A stretch of 64,000 nucleotides of DNA from Desulfurococcaceae archaeon (GTDB lineage: Archaea; Thermoproteota; Thermoprotei_A; Sulfolobales; Desulfurococcaceae): contig JAWBAI010000003.1 in assembly GCA_038816475.1 (NCBI GenBank), positions 62,774 through 126,773 on the forward strand. The letters run 5' to 3'. Under the pieces are notes generated by a model. That model was given only the letters and a program-made list of their open reading frames with translations, did not search any database and was not told the origin of the DNA. Positions 1 to 10,270 of this stretch are shown here, one piece after another (the stretch's first letter is position 1; the number at the start of each line of letters is the position of its first letter). The translations under genes were made by a program, and so were the position numbers.

Positions 1-906
1 GAGCAAATAAGAATAAAGTACAAGTTTAACGCGCCATGGTACGAGCAGTTCGCGTTCCTTGTACATCAGCTACTGACAGGTCAATTAGAGGATCCAATAA
101 GACTCAGAAATGTTTTTACAGAGATCAGTTCAAGATTTGTTGTTACAGTTGAAGTTGCTATTATAGGTTTTCTCTTTCTCATAACGATAGGTATACCCTT
201 AGGGATCATCGCTGCCGTTAAAAAAGATACGTATGTGGACTTCGCTGTAAGAATACTTGCTCTAGTTGGAAGTTCTTTACCATCATTCGTACTGTACTAC
301 TTCCTAATACTCTTGCTCTTTGTATACCTAAGAACAACTTATTTAGCCGGTATACCTATGTATTCTAGAGAGTGCAGCGTTTTCTTATCTACTCTACCAA
401 ACTACATACCAATATTAGGTCACTTAGCCTCGATCGTAGGCTCTGTTCCAATGTTTGGTGCTATGATGTGCAACGAATGGGAGGTTGTAGTTGAAACATT
501 TAAGAGACTATACTTGCCGGGGCTCGCTCTAGGCTTACTCAATGGTGGTTTCATAGCTAGAATAGTGAGAAACAGTTTATTGGATGCTCTGAGTGCCGAG
601 TACGTATTGTTCGCTAAAGCACGCGGTCTCTCCAGGCTCTCTGTTTGGAAACACGCATTTAAAAACGCAATGGTTCCAGTAGTAACGGTGTTGGGGTTAA
701 ACTTCGGAGGATTACTCTCGGGTGCTATTATAGCTGAAACGGTATTCAATATACCGGGTCTCGGAAGGTACATGTACGAGGCTATAACTAGATTAAACTT
801 CCCAGTTATAATAGCTTGTACATTTGTTGTAGCAGTAATTTACGTGACGGTTAACCTCATTGTTGACATTCTATATGCTGTAATAGATCCTAGAATTAGG
901 TATTAA
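1..906 (+). CDS. dppB: Peptide/nickel ABC transporter permease, DppB/OppB family (5' end outside window)
   Basis: Frame is open from position 1 (EQIRIKYKFNAPWYEQF...); EAA-like loop 'FAKARGLS', C-terminal 'DILYAVIDPRIRY'. Confidence 0.92.
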   Translation, partial: EQIRIKYKFNAPWYEQFAFLVHQLLTGQLEDPIRLRNVFTEISSRFVVTVEVAIIGFLFLITIGIPLGIIAAVKKDTYVDFAVRILALVGSSLPSFVLYYFLILLLFVYLRTTYLAGIPMYSRECSVFLSTLPNYIPILGHLASIVGSVPMFGAMMCNEWEVVVETFKRLYLPGLALGLLNGGFIARIVRNSLLDALSAEYVLFAKARGLSRLSVWKHAFKNAMVPVVTVLGLNFGGLLSGAIIAETVFNIPGLGRYMYEAITRLNFPVIIACTFVVAVIYVTVNLIVDILYAVIDPRIRY

Positions 907-924
907 GGTGGTGAAGGAGAACCT

Positions 925-2031
925 ATGAGAGCTATTTACATAGCTCTTAAGAAAGCTATATGGGCATACGCAAGGTTTAGAGAAAAAATTTCTCCAGGCT
1001 GGGTACAGAGGAACTCGTCTAAGATTAAAGAATGGGAGCTTATGGCATATGCTTTTAGCAAGTCAAAGATAGGTGTAGTAGGAGGTATCATTGTCTTTAT
1101 AAACTTTATGATAGCGCTTGTGGGACCATTCGTATCATGGGAACCCTATTGGGAGTATAAGACCGTACATGATCTAAGCTTAATGTATCATCCCCCGTGT
1201 ATTCCACCATCCTGTAAGGAATACCCCTTGCTTGGTACTGATGAATGGGGTAGAGATATAATCGCAATGTCGCTTTATGGTTTCAGAATATCCTTTGTTA
1301 TATCCGTGGTAGTAGTGCTTTTGGGTGCACCCCTTGGAATATTGCTTGGACTAATTGCAGGTTACAAGGGTGGCATTGTAGATGAGGTTATCATGAGAAT
1401 AACCGATATATTCCTTGCATTTCCCGGTTTAGTACTCGCAATAGCATTCGCTTCTATACTACCGCAAAGAATAAGAGGAATGCTAGAAGAAACCCCTCCG
1501 CTCAGAGCGTTCTTCTCAGCACTATATGGTTTAAGGGAATTAGAGTACGGTCAGCTGGCATCTTTGTTATCTATTTGGTTTGCAATGGTGCTTGTATGGT
1601 GGCCTGCGTATGCTAGAATAGTACGTGGAAATGTTCTATCAGTTAGAGAAATGCCATTCGTGGAAGCGGCAAAGCTATCCGGTCTCTCTACCTGGAGCAT
1701 ACTCTTTAAGCACATACTACCAAACGTCTTATCACCAGTAATCGTCATGATGACGTTCGACCTTGCTACAGCAACGCTTTTCGCAGCTTCGCTTTCATTT
1801 CTGGGACTTGGTCCACAAGATCCTGTACCAGAGCTGGGTTTCATGATATCCAAGGCAGGAGCATACTTCCCCGAGAGAAGCTGGCATGTGGTAGTTTACC
1901 TAGGAACAATACTACTAATGTTGGCTTTAGGGTGGAACCTTCTCGGAGATGCTTTAAGAGATATTTTGGATCCAAGAACTAGAAGAGCCATTGAATACAA
2001 ACTAGAAGAGAAAGAAAAAAGTAGGAGGTAA
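925..2031 (+). CDS. dppC: Peptide/nickel ABC transporter permease, DppC/OppC family
   Basis: 'LGTDEWGRD', 'FVEAAKLSG', 'LGDALRDILDPR'; GGTGGTGA SD-like motif upstream. Confidence 0.93.
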   Translation: MRAIYIALKKAIWAYARFREKISPGWVQRNSSKIKEWELMAYAFSKSKIGVVGGIIVFINFMIALVGPFVSWEPYWEYKTVHDLSLMYHPPCIPPSCKEYPLLGTDEWGRDIIAMSLYGFRISFVISVVVVLLGAPLGILLGLIAGYKGGIVDEVIMRITDIFLAFPGLVLAIAFASILPQRIRGMLEETPPLRAFFSALYGLRELEYGQLASLLSIWFAMVLVWWPAYARIVRGNVLSVREMPFVEAAKLSGLSTWSILFKHILPNVLSPVIVMMTFDLATATLFAASLSFLGLGPQDPVPELGFMISKAGAYFPERSWHVVVYLGTILLMLALGWNLLGDALRDILDPRTRRAIEYKLEEKEKSRR

Positions 2032-2039
2032 CAACACTC

Positions 2040-3053
2040 ATGGAGTTCGAGACCCTGAAAATGCCGGAGGACGAAGTATTAAGAGTTGAAGATCTAGAAG
2101 TTAAATTCTACACCTATATGGGAGTCGTGCACGCCGTATCCAAGGTTTCATTTAATGTTAGAAAAGCTGAAACGATTGCTCTTGTTGGTGAAACAGGTTG
2201 TGGTAAAACTGTAACAACAAGAGCCATTACAAGACTCATTGAATCACCGGGTAGAATAGAAAATGGAAAGGTTCTCTTTAGACGTAGAGATGGTAGAGTA
2301 GTTGATCTGCTAAGAATAGATGACAAGAAATTACGTGAAATCAGAGGGAACGAGATAGCATATGTGTTTCAAGACCCCACGTCAGCTCTTGACCCGCTCT
2401 ACACTATTGGATACCATATATATGAAACCATTAAAGCACACAAACCAAATGTTACTAAGAAAAGCGCGTTAAAATACGCTATAAACTTACTAAGGCAAGT
2501 TTTAATACCAAGTCCCGAGTTGAGAATCAAGAACTATCCTCATGAAATGTCCGGTGGTATGAGACAGAGAAGTGTAATAGCTATAAGTTTATCGAACACA
2601 CCTAAGCTATTAATTGCTGATGAACCAACGACAAACCTGGATGTAACACTTCAAGCACAAATACTAAGCTTGCTTAAAAATCTCCAAGAAGAGTACAAGA
2701 TGAGTTTAATACTGATAACGCACAATCTCGGGGTAGTAGCAGAGATAGCGGATAGAGCATACGTAATGTACGCAGGTAAAATAGTCGAAGAAGGCCGCGT
2801 AGAGCAACTCTTTTACAACCCTCAACATCCTTACACAAAATTATTGCTGAGATCTGTTCCTAATCCTTTAAAGAAAATCGAGAAACTGGAGTCTATACCT
2901 GGAGTAGTACCTTCGTTGATAAACCCACCACCTGGTTGTAGATTTCATCCGCGTTGTCCCTATGCAATGGAGATATGCGGCAAGCGGGAACCACCAATGT
3001 TTAACGTAGAAGAGCAACATAGAGCAGCATGTTGGCTCTTGGATAAAAGGTGA
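2040..3053 (+). CDS. dppD: Peptide ABC transporter ATP-binding subunit, DppD
   Basis: Walker A GETGCGKT, signature MSGGMRQR, Walker B LIADEPT, C-terminal GCRFHPRC...C...C domain. Confidence 0.94.
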   Translation: MEFETLKMPEDEVLRVEDLEVKFYTYMGVVHAVSKVSFNVRKAETIALVGETGCGKTVTTRAITRLIESPGRIENGKVLFRRRDGRVVDLLRIDDKKLREIRGNEIAYVFQDPTSALDPLYTIGYHIYETIKAHKPNVTKKSALKYAINLLRQVLIPSPELRIKNYPHEMSGGMRQRSVIAISLSNTPKLLIADEPTTNLDVTLQAQILSLLKNLQEEYKMSLILITHNLGVVAEIADRAYVMYAGKIVEEGRVEQLFYNPQHPYTKLLLRSVPNPLKKIEKLESIPGVVPSLINPPPGCRFHPRCPYAMEICGKREPPMFNVEEQHRAACWLLDKR

Positions 3054-3059
3054 AAGGGC

Positions 3060-4034
3060 TTGTCAAAGGAAGTACTACTTGAGGTTATAGACTTAAAGAA
3101 GTACTTCAGAGTAAGAGGATCTTTAACAAAGAAAGTGAAAGCTGTAGATGGAGTAACGCTTAACATTAAACGTGGAGAAACACTAGGAGTAGTTGGCGAA
3201 AGTGGATGTGGGAAAACAACCCTAGGTAGACTCATCCTTAGACTAATCGATCCAACTTCGGGTAAAATACTATTCGAGGGTAGAGATGTATCAAAGGTTA
3301 AAGGTAAAGCTCTAAGGGAGTACTGGAGGAATGCTCAAATGGTATTCCAAGATCCTCATACAAGCTTGAACCCGAGAATGACGATTGCTAGCATACTTTT
3401 AGAGCCTGTTAGATATCATAAGCTAGATGTAGGGGATGAGGAAGAGTTTCTCGTTAAACAAATGGAGCTTGTAGGGCTCGGACGAGAACATCTGTATAGG
3501 TATCCTCATGAACTATCAGGTGGGCAAAAGCAACGTGTTGCGATCCTAAGAGCTATAATTACAAGACCTAAATTCATAGTACTCGATGAACCAACATCCT
3601 CACTAGATGTATCTGTTCAAGCACAGATTCTGGAGTTGTTAAAAGATCTTCAAAAGAAGTTCAACTTAACGTATCTATTCATATCACACGATATTGCAGT
3701 GGTGAAGTACATGAGTAATAGAATGGCTGTAATGTACCTCGGGAAAATAGTCGAGATAGGTCCATCTGACGTGGTTTTCGAAAACCCACATCACCCCTAC
3801 TCAAAGTTCCTACTTGCAGCAGTACCTGTACCTGACCCCGAAGTGGCTAGAAGTAAAGAAAGACTGCTTATAAAGGGAGAACCTCCATCACCTGTGAACC
3901 CACCACCTGGTTGTAGATTTCATCCGCGTTGTCCCTACGCAATGGAGATATGTAGTAAGCAGGAACCGCCTGCTATTGAAATTGGTAATAATCACGTTGT
4001 TTACTGCTGGCTTTACACTAAAAGAGGCTCATGA
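3060..4034 (+). CDS. dppF: Peptide ABC transporter ATP-binding subunit, DppF
   Basis: GESGCGKT, LSGGQKQR, IVLDEPT, C-terminal Cys-rich oligopeptide-ATPase domain. Confidence 0.94.
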   Translation: MSKEVLLEVIDLKKYFRVRGSLTKKVKAVDGVTLNIKRGETLGVVGESGCGKTTLGRLILRLIDPTSGKILFEGRDVSKVKGKALREYWRNAQMVFQDPHTSLNPRMTIASILLEPVRYHKLDVGDEEEFLVKQMELVGLGREHLYRYPHELSGGQKQRVAILRAIITRPKFIVLDEPTSSLDVSVQAQILELLKDLQKKFNLTYLFISHDIAVVKYMSNRMAVMYLGKIVEIGPSDVVFENPHHPYSKFLLAAVPVPDPEVARSKERLLIKGEPPSPVNPPPGCRFHPRCPYAMEICSKQEPPAIEIGNNHVVYCWLYTKRGS

Positions 4035-4360
4035 TATTTTCGACGCTTCCTTAGAATTCCCATGAATTCCTAATTAATTATTTAATCCTGGATTAACTGA
4101 TTATTATTTTATGTTACGACAGGGCCAACCTCCCTCCTTTATGAAGTGCTTACACTTACATGTAGCTCGCGCACCATCAAGAAACAACTAGCAATCTCAA
4201 CTGAATAAACAACAATAGAACATAGAACTTTTTACTAGTATTAATCATTGTACTTTTGACCGATTTAAATTTGTTATCAACGTACAGGAACAATTAAGGT
4301 TGTAAGGCATCAGTTATGGGTTCTTTTTAGCTTAAAAGCTGATTATTTTTAACTTTGGAT

Positions 4361-5620
4361 TCAAGCTTTTAATGCAAGGTATGCCATTACCTTGGCATCG
4401 TTAACTAAGTTGTCTATTTTGCAATACTCGTTAGGCATGTGTGCTGTTTCATCTATAGTTGACCAAACAGCAGTTGGTATACCGACTCTTCTAAATAAAG
4501 CAGCTACAGTACCACCACCAATACCTCCAATTCGCGGTTCGATACCTCTCAGTACTTTCAAAGCTTCCAATAGAACCTTGACAATAGGCGAATCTGCAGA
4601 TGTTGGTGGTGCGGCATCCGATCTCTCTAAGACCTCGTACTCGAGAACAGGGTAAATTCTCTCCTCGAACTTCTTCCTATAAACAATTCGTAGTCCCGCG
4701 AACATTCCAAGCATATCTTCTATCAGATCATCGACACTATATTCCGGTAGAACACGACAATCTATTACGACTTCGTGCTCGCTCGGGACAATATTCGGAG
4801 AACCACTGGAGTTCTTAACCATAGTAGGTTCGCAGGTCGTTGTCGGTGGATCAAACATTAAGTTTACCTTGCCATACTTTTCTTTTATTAACTTATCCAA
4901 TAATACTATGTATTCAGCCGCTATTTTATGAGCATTAAGGCCCCTGTGTGGTACGCTTGCATGTACCTGTAGTCCTTTAAATTTTAATTTAATCCATAGT
5001 ATGGATTTTTCAGCTACTTCAATGAAGTCACCATTACTAGAACCAGCATCGGGTACTAATGCTAGATCTTTTGGGTTAAACAACTCTGAATAGTTTTTAA
5101 TTAAATACTCAAGACCAAACTTAGAGCCGGCTTCTTCATCACTTACAAACGCTAAAACAAGTGTTCTTCGAGGTTTTACACCTTCTTCTAAAAGAGCCTT
5201 AGCTACGATCAACGATGCTACTAAAGCTTGCCCATTATCTTCGCTACCTCTACCGTAAACTTTTCCATTAAGAAATACCGGTTCAAATGGCTTAGTGATA
5301 GTCCAAGCAGAAACATCTCCAGGTGGTACGACATCAAGATGTGTTAGAATCCACAGCTTATCTTCAACTTCACCTTTAATTAAGGCTAATATGTTAGGTC
5401 GTACATTACCTTTAGCCCTCGGGTCTGGCACATTGATTACTTTTACATCCGTAAAGCCCCAGTCTTTTATCTCATCTAAAATGAACGTGGCTTTGTCGTA
5501 TTCACCGTCACCACCAAATGCAGGATTAACCCCTTGTCTCTTGATAATCTCCATGAGAAGTTTTACTGCGTAATCTCTCAAAAGGTCTATTCTCTCTAAA
5601 ACGCGCTTAAGCACAGACAT
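4361..5620 (-). CDS. M20 family metallohydrolase (ArgE/DapE-like)
   Basis: Metal-binding motifs THLDVVP, GRGSEDN, SDEE and C-terminal AHMPNE. Confidence 0.9.
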   Translation of the reverse strand: MSVLKRVLERIDLLRDYAVKLLMEIIKRQGVNPAFGGDGEYDKATFILDEIKDWGFTDVKVINVPDPRAKGNVRPNILALIKGEVEDKLWILTHLDVVPPGDVSAWTITKPFEPVFLNGKVYGRGSEDNGQALVASLIVAKALLEEGVKPRRTLVLAFVSDEEAGSKFGLEYLIKNYSELFNPKDLALVPDAGSSNGDFIEVAEKSILWIKLKFKGLQVHASVPHRGLNAHKIAAEYIVLLDKLIKEKYGKVNLMFDPPTTTCEPTMVKNSSGSPNIVPSEHEVVIDCRVLPEYSVDDLIEDMLGMFAGLRIVYRKKFEERIYPVLEYEVLERSDAAPPTSADSPIVKVLLEALKVLRGIEPRIGGIGGGTVAALFRRVGIPTAVWSTIDETAHMPNEYCKIDNLVNDAKVMAYLALKA

Positions 5621-5666
5621 TCTAAACGCCTAGGAATAATCTATGAGTCAGTCATGTATATATCTT

Positions 5667-6389
5667 CTAGATCATGTTAAGATTTTGCAGTCGAGGTGAT
5701 TTTATTTTACGATGTTTTAAGCTTAGTTTTAAAAGAGATTCTGCAACTTTCAATGTTACAAGTGTAGGGTCTATTACTGGAATACCTACAACTTTACTTA
5801 TAGTGTTCGCCAACCCTATAAATCCACTACACCCCAGTACAACAACATCTACCTCATGTTCCTTTACGGCTTTTTCAATTTCTTTAGTAAGTAAGCTTGT
5901 AATTCTTTCAATGTTTTTTCTTATCTCCAATATAGGTATTTCTATTCCTGATATGTAAACTACGCGTTTCTCGATACCTAGCTGAGCAACTCTGCGCTTA
6001 TACAATGTAGACCACTCTCTCCCGGCCGAAATTATGCCAATTTTATAACCCAAGAGTAACGCTATTGCTAGCGACGTTTCGCCAATACCAAAAACCGGTA
6101 TGTCTGATACTTCTCGCGAACCCTCTAACCCAGGGTCGTCAAAACAGTTTATGATAACGCCATGGAACCCTTCTTTGTCAGCCTTCACCACTTCTTTAAT
6201 AACCAGTGGCGCAACCAGCTCTTTTTCATATTCGGTCTCTATATAAGGTGGTGCTCCAGGTATGTTCCTTACCACAACCTCTACGTCAAATGAGAGAACT
6301 TGTTTAGCGTAACTTAGAGTAAGCTCATTCCATATATCCACACCTACTGGGTTTATAATAAGCAACTTCACCTTCAAGCTCATAACCAT
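5667..6389 (-). CDS. Asp/Glu/hydantoin racemase family protein (hydantoin/allantoin racemase-like)
   Basis: IINP at N-terminus, catalytic Cys pair in NCFDDPG and LGCSGF, 'PVIDP'. Confidence 0.88.
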   Translation of the reverse strand: MVMSLKVKLLIINPVGVDIWNELTLSYAKQVLSFDVEVVVRNIPGAPPYIETEYEKELVAPLVIKEVVKADKEGFHGVIINCFDDPGLEGSREVSDIPVFGIGETSLAIALLLGYKIGIISAGREWSTLYKRRVAQLGIEKRVVYISGIEIPILEIRKNIERITSLLTKEIEKAVKEHEVDVVVLGCSGFIGLANTISKVVGIPVIDPTLVTLKVAESLLKLSLKHRKIKSPRLQNLNMI

Positions 6390-6427
6390 GCGATTTGATA
6401 AACTTTCCTAACCTACATAACTCTAAA

Positions 6428-7387
6428 TTAGATGTAGAGCCAGCATGCTACAAGCCTATTTTTCACATTAACTAATAAAGGCTTTTTTTCATAGCAGATC
6501 TTAGTAGCATAGCGACATCTATGAGCTAGTTTACAACCGAGCGCTTCCGCATAAGCTTTATCCTCTTTTAACAATGAGTAATTGGTATGATAAGTTAAAC
6601 CCTTGATAGGATCAGGGAACGACGCCATTAGTGCTTGTGTATACGGATGAAGTGGTTCTTGAAAAACGGTGTCTACACTACCAACTTCCATAACGTTGCC
6701 GCGATACAATACTAGTATATTTTTAACTATGTAGCGTACAATTGATAAATCGTGTGTTACTAGAAGATATGTCATGTTAAATTTCTCACGTAACTCCTGC
6801 AGAAGATTAATTATTTGCGCCTGTATGGATACGTCTAAAGCTGATGTTGGTTCATCAAGAAGAATGAGCTCGGGGTTTACAGCTAGAGCTCGAGCTAATG
6901 CAACACGTTGAGCCTGTCCTCCACTTAGGTTTGAAGGATACTGGTTCATGGTAGATAAAGGTAATCCTACTAATTCTAATAATTCACTTACTTTTTTCCT
7001 GATATCTTTTTCTTCGAGTTTTTGATGTTTTCTTATAGGTTCAGCCACGATGTCGAATACCTTCATCCGAGGATTAAGTGATTGGAATGGGTTCTGAAAA
7101 ACAGCCTGAACACTCCTACGGTACCAGCTCTCTTCTTTTTTAGTCAACAAGAAAATATCCTTATTCTTAAAGAAAATTCTGCCCCGTGTGGGTTTTTCCA
7201 ACTTAAGTATAGTCCTTAATATTGTTGTTTTACCCGAGCCTGTTTCGCCGACTAAGGCAAGACCATCATAACTATTTACCGCAAATGACACCCCATTCAC
7301 GGCTTTTACGTATCCAATAACACGTCCGAAGAGACCTTTTTTAATAGGAAAATACACATGAAGGTCTTCAACTCTTAAGATCTCCAT
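6428..7387 (-). CDS. Peptide ABC transporter ATP-binding subunit (OppF-like)
   Basis: GETGSGKT, LSGGQAQR, LLDEPT; start set to ATG 7387 (MEILRVEDL), which overlaps the upstream stop as TAATG. Confidence 0.9.
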   Translation of the reverse strand: MEILRVEDLHVYFPIKKGLFGRVIGYVKAVNGVSFAVNSYDGLALVGETGSGKTTILRTILKLEKPTRGRIFFKNKDIFLLTKKEESWYRRSVQAVFQNPFQSLNPRMKVFDIVAEPIRKHQKLEEKDIRKKVSELLELVGLPLSTMNQYPSNLSGGQAQRVALARALAVNPELILLDEPTSALDVSIQAQIINLLQELREKFNMTYLLVTHDLSIVRYIVKNILVLYRGNVMEVGSVDTVFQEPLHPYTQALMASFPDPIKGLTYHTNYSLLKEDKAYAEALGCKLAHRCRYATKICYEKKPLLVNVKNRLVACWLYI

Positions 7388-8358
7388 TATGACCCCTGAT
7401 ACAAATGACATAGAACCATTCTTTTGTTGAAAGCTACACGTGGAGGTTTTTGTATTGCGCACACAGGTTTGTTACTATCGCATCTACTATGAAATGGACA
7501 GCCCTCGAAGTCTTTTCTAAGATCTGGAGGAGATCCTTGTATAGGTATTAGTGAACCATCAGTTGCACATAGCTTTGGCATAGCTCTTAGCAGTCCCTTT
7601 GTGTATGGATGTAATGGACTTTTTAAGACTTCTTCGATGAAGCCTTCCTCTACAATCGTTCCAGCGTACATTACTGCAACTTTATCACACATATGCGCTG
7701 CAATACCAAAATTATGTGTTATCATTATTAGGGTTAAATCATATTCTTTTTTAAGCGCTTTGATTAGGTTTAGTATCTCAGCTTGAGTAATTACATCTAG
7801 ATTCGTCGTCGGCTCATCTGCTATAAGAACTTTAGGTTTCTTAGCTAATGCTAATGCTATTGAAGCTCTCTGTAACATTCCACCTGATAGTTCGTGTGGG
7901 TACGAATTTAAAACACGGTCTATTTCGATAAGTCTAGCACTTTTAAGAGCTTCCTTAGATATTTCAATCGCTTCCTTTGGGGTTACTTTCAACACATCAA
8001 TTAGCACGTCTATGAACTGCTGTTTTATAGTGAAAAGTGGATTGAAAGCGGTGGCCGGATCTTGAAATACTACTCCAATTTCTCTTCTTATCTTAGATAA
8101 TATGCTCGGATTATTATTTCGTAGTACGTCAATGCCTTCGTATATTACAGAACCCCGCTCTACCACGGCATTTTTAGGTAAAATTAAAGCTAGTGCTTGT
8201 ACTAGTGTTGATTTACCTGATCCAGACTCGCCTACAATGCAAATAGCCTCACCACGCTCAATACGTAGATTCACACCTCTGAGAGCCTTGATCACCGCTC
8301 CAAAGGTGTAGTAATTAATTACGAGATCTTGTATTGCTATGAAGGCATTATTCGCCAT
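7387..8358 (-). CDS. Peptide ABC transporter ATP-binding subunit (OppD-like)
   Basis: GESGSGKS, LSGGMLQR, IADEPT, GCPFHSRC. Confidence 0.92.
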   Translation of the reverse strand: MANNAFIAIQDLVINYYTFGAVIKALRGVNLRIERGEAICIVGESGSGKSTLVQALALILPKNAVVERGSVIYEGIDVLRNNNPSILSKIRREIGVVFQDPATAFNPLFTIKQQFIDVLIDVLKVTPKEAIEISKEALKSARLIEIDRVLNSYPHELSGGMLQRASIALALAKKPKVLIADEPTTNLDVITQAEILNLIKALKKEYDLTLIMITHNFGIAAHMCDKVAVMYAGTIVEEGFIEEVLKSPLHPYTKGLLRAMPKLCATDGSLIPIQGSPPDLRKDFEGCPFHSRCDSNKPVCAIQKPPRVAFNKRMVLCHLYQGS

Positions 8359-9236
8359 GAACGTCGCCTCTTTATGATCATGAGATTTCTAACTCTCGGA
8401 TCCATGTATTCTTTTAGCGCATCACCAAGCAAGTTAAAGCCAAGCACGACTGTTAGTATAGCTAAACCGGGGAACAACGAAATCCACCATGCTATATTTA
8501 TATACTGCCATCCTTCACTAACAAGTAAACCCCATTCGGGGATTGGTGGAGGAACACCTACACCTAGAAAGCTCAGAGCCGACGCTTCTAGTATAGCTGA
8601 CCCTATATCCAATGTCGCCTGAGTAACCACGGGGGTAATCACATTCGGAAAAATATGCTTGAACATTATGACTACAGGACTCACACCTATTATTTTAGCT
8701 GAGTCTACGTATGCAAGAGATTTTACCGATGTTGTTTGAATGTAAACTAACCTAGTATACCACGGCCACCAGGATAGTGCTAATGCAATAATCGTGTTTA
8801 AAACGCCTCTTCCAAGTATAGATGCAAACGCTATTGCTAGAAGCAAGGGTGGAAAAGCTAAGAACATGTCTGCAATTCTCATTACTACGGTACCGACTTT
8901 GCCACCGAAGTAGCCTGCTACAAGACCTGTTGGTACACCTATTAGTAGTGCAATTACAACTACAGATACACCGATCACCAAGGAAAACCTAGTACCTAAA
9001 ATTACTCGGTTAAGCAGATCTCTGCCTAGAGCGTCTGTTCCTAGAGGGTGCTCTAGCGAAGGAGGATTAAACTTTTTTTCCGGGTGGTAAGCTATCCCCC
9101 ATGCATCTTCGGGCTTCGTTACAATATAGGGAGCTAAAACTCCTACTATGATAAAGATAGCAACTATACTAAAACCCACTAAATAAATCCTTCTCAGTAG
9201 AATAAACCTTAAGAAATCCTTGAACCACGCGTTCAT
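8337..9236 (-). CDS. Peptide ABC transporter permease (OppC-like)
   Basis: HPLGTDALGRD, PEWG, LGDAL...DPR. Confidence 0.92.
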   Translation of the reverse strand: MNAWFKDFLRFILLRRIYLVGFSIVAIFIIVGVLAPYIVTKPEDAWGIAYHPEKKFNPPSLEHPLGTDALGRDLLNRVILGTRFSLVIGVSVVVIALLIGVPTGLVAGYFGGKVGTVVMRIADMFLAFPPLLLAIAFASILGRGVLNTIIALALSWWPWYTRLVYIQTTSVKSLAYVDSAKIIGVSPVVIMFKHIFPNVITPVVTQATLDIGSAILEASALSFLGVGVPPPIPEWGLLVSEGWQYINIAWWISLFPGLAILTVVLGFNLLGDALKEYMDPRVRNLMIIKRRRSWRIMPS

Positions 9237-10255
9237 AGTTTCACTCTAGGATCTATCCAGGCATGAACAATGTCTACAACGAGGTTTATCGCGGAATAAA
9301 ACAAAGCTACAAATACTATCGAACCAAGCACAGCCGGGTAATCATGGCTTAAAAGAGACATACCTGCGTAATAACCTACACCGGGCCACACGAACACGAG
9401 TTCGACCATGAAGGCACCTATAATGGTGTAACCAAAACTCAAACCTAGTGAAGCTATTACTGGTGAAATAACGTTCTTTAAAACGTATTTGTAAATGAGT
9501 TTACTTCTACTTATTCCGTTAGCTTCTAAAAATCTTACGAAGTTTTCATTTAAAACTTCAATTGCAATGGATCTAACCATTCTAATCGTGAGACTTAACG
9601 GATAAAGAGATACTGTGATTGCGGGTAAAGCTATTCTTCTAAGCACATCAACGAACACTATCATATTGCCTTGCAATAGCGAATCTAACAGGTAGAAACC
9701 TGTTATTGGTCTAAAACCTGTCGCTAGTACTAAAACAGTATCTATACGCTTACCGGCTGGCAGTATTTTTAGCCATATTCCAAAAACTAACTGTAAAATT
9801 AATGCGGTCCAAAAAACAGGCATGGAAGCTCCTACTATAGCAATGGTTCGGATTATGTCATCCTTTATGCTTCCAATTCTTAAAGCCGAGTAAAAGCCTA
9901 AGGGAATGCCTAAAACCATTGCTATAGTAAACCCTACTACGACCAATTCTAGAGTTGCAGGTAAAGCCGATAGTATGTCCTGAAGAACTTGTTGTCGCGT
10001 TCTCCAGGATACACCCCAGTTACCTTTAAAAAAGTTTTCTAAATAGTAAATTAGCTGAATATGTATTGGTTCATCTAAATGGAGCTCTCGTCTAGCTCTC
10101 TCGATAGCTTCTAGGGGGGCATGAGGTCCTGCCCATAAAATCTCTGGTCGTGCAGGTATGACACGAGTTAGAATAAACGTGATAATGAGGACTCCAAATA
10201 CAACGAGTATAAGTGAAAAAAGTCTTTTCGTAATATATGAATATGTAACCGGCAT
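9233..10255 (-). CDS. Peptide ABC transporter permease (OppB-like)
   Basis: Multi-TM, 'VELVFVWPGVG', 'DIVHAWIDPRVK'. Confidence 0.92.
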   Translation of the reverse strand: MPVTYSYITKRLFSLILVVFGVLIITFILTRVIPARPEILWAGPHAPLEAIERARRELHLDEPIHIQLIYYLENFFKGNWGVSWRTRQQVLQDILSALPATLELVVVGFTIAMVLGIPLGFYSALRIGSIKDDIIRTIAIVGASMPVFWTALILQLVFGIWLKILPAGKRIDTVLVLATGFRPITGFYLLDSLLQGNMIVFVDVLRRIALPAITVSLYPLSLTIRMVRSIAIEVLNENFVRFLEANGISRSKLIYKYVLKNVISPVIASLGLSFGYTIIGAFMVELVFVWPGVGYYAGMSLLSHDYPAVLGSIVFVALFYSAINLVVDIVHAWIDPRVKL

Positions 10256-10270
10256 ACCTTAGTCAGCCAT

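Noticed and set aside
4035-4360. Possible att site or IS end at the left border of the DUF917 cluster
   Set aside because: No copy of the tRNA-Arg 3' end and no convincing IS terminus found.
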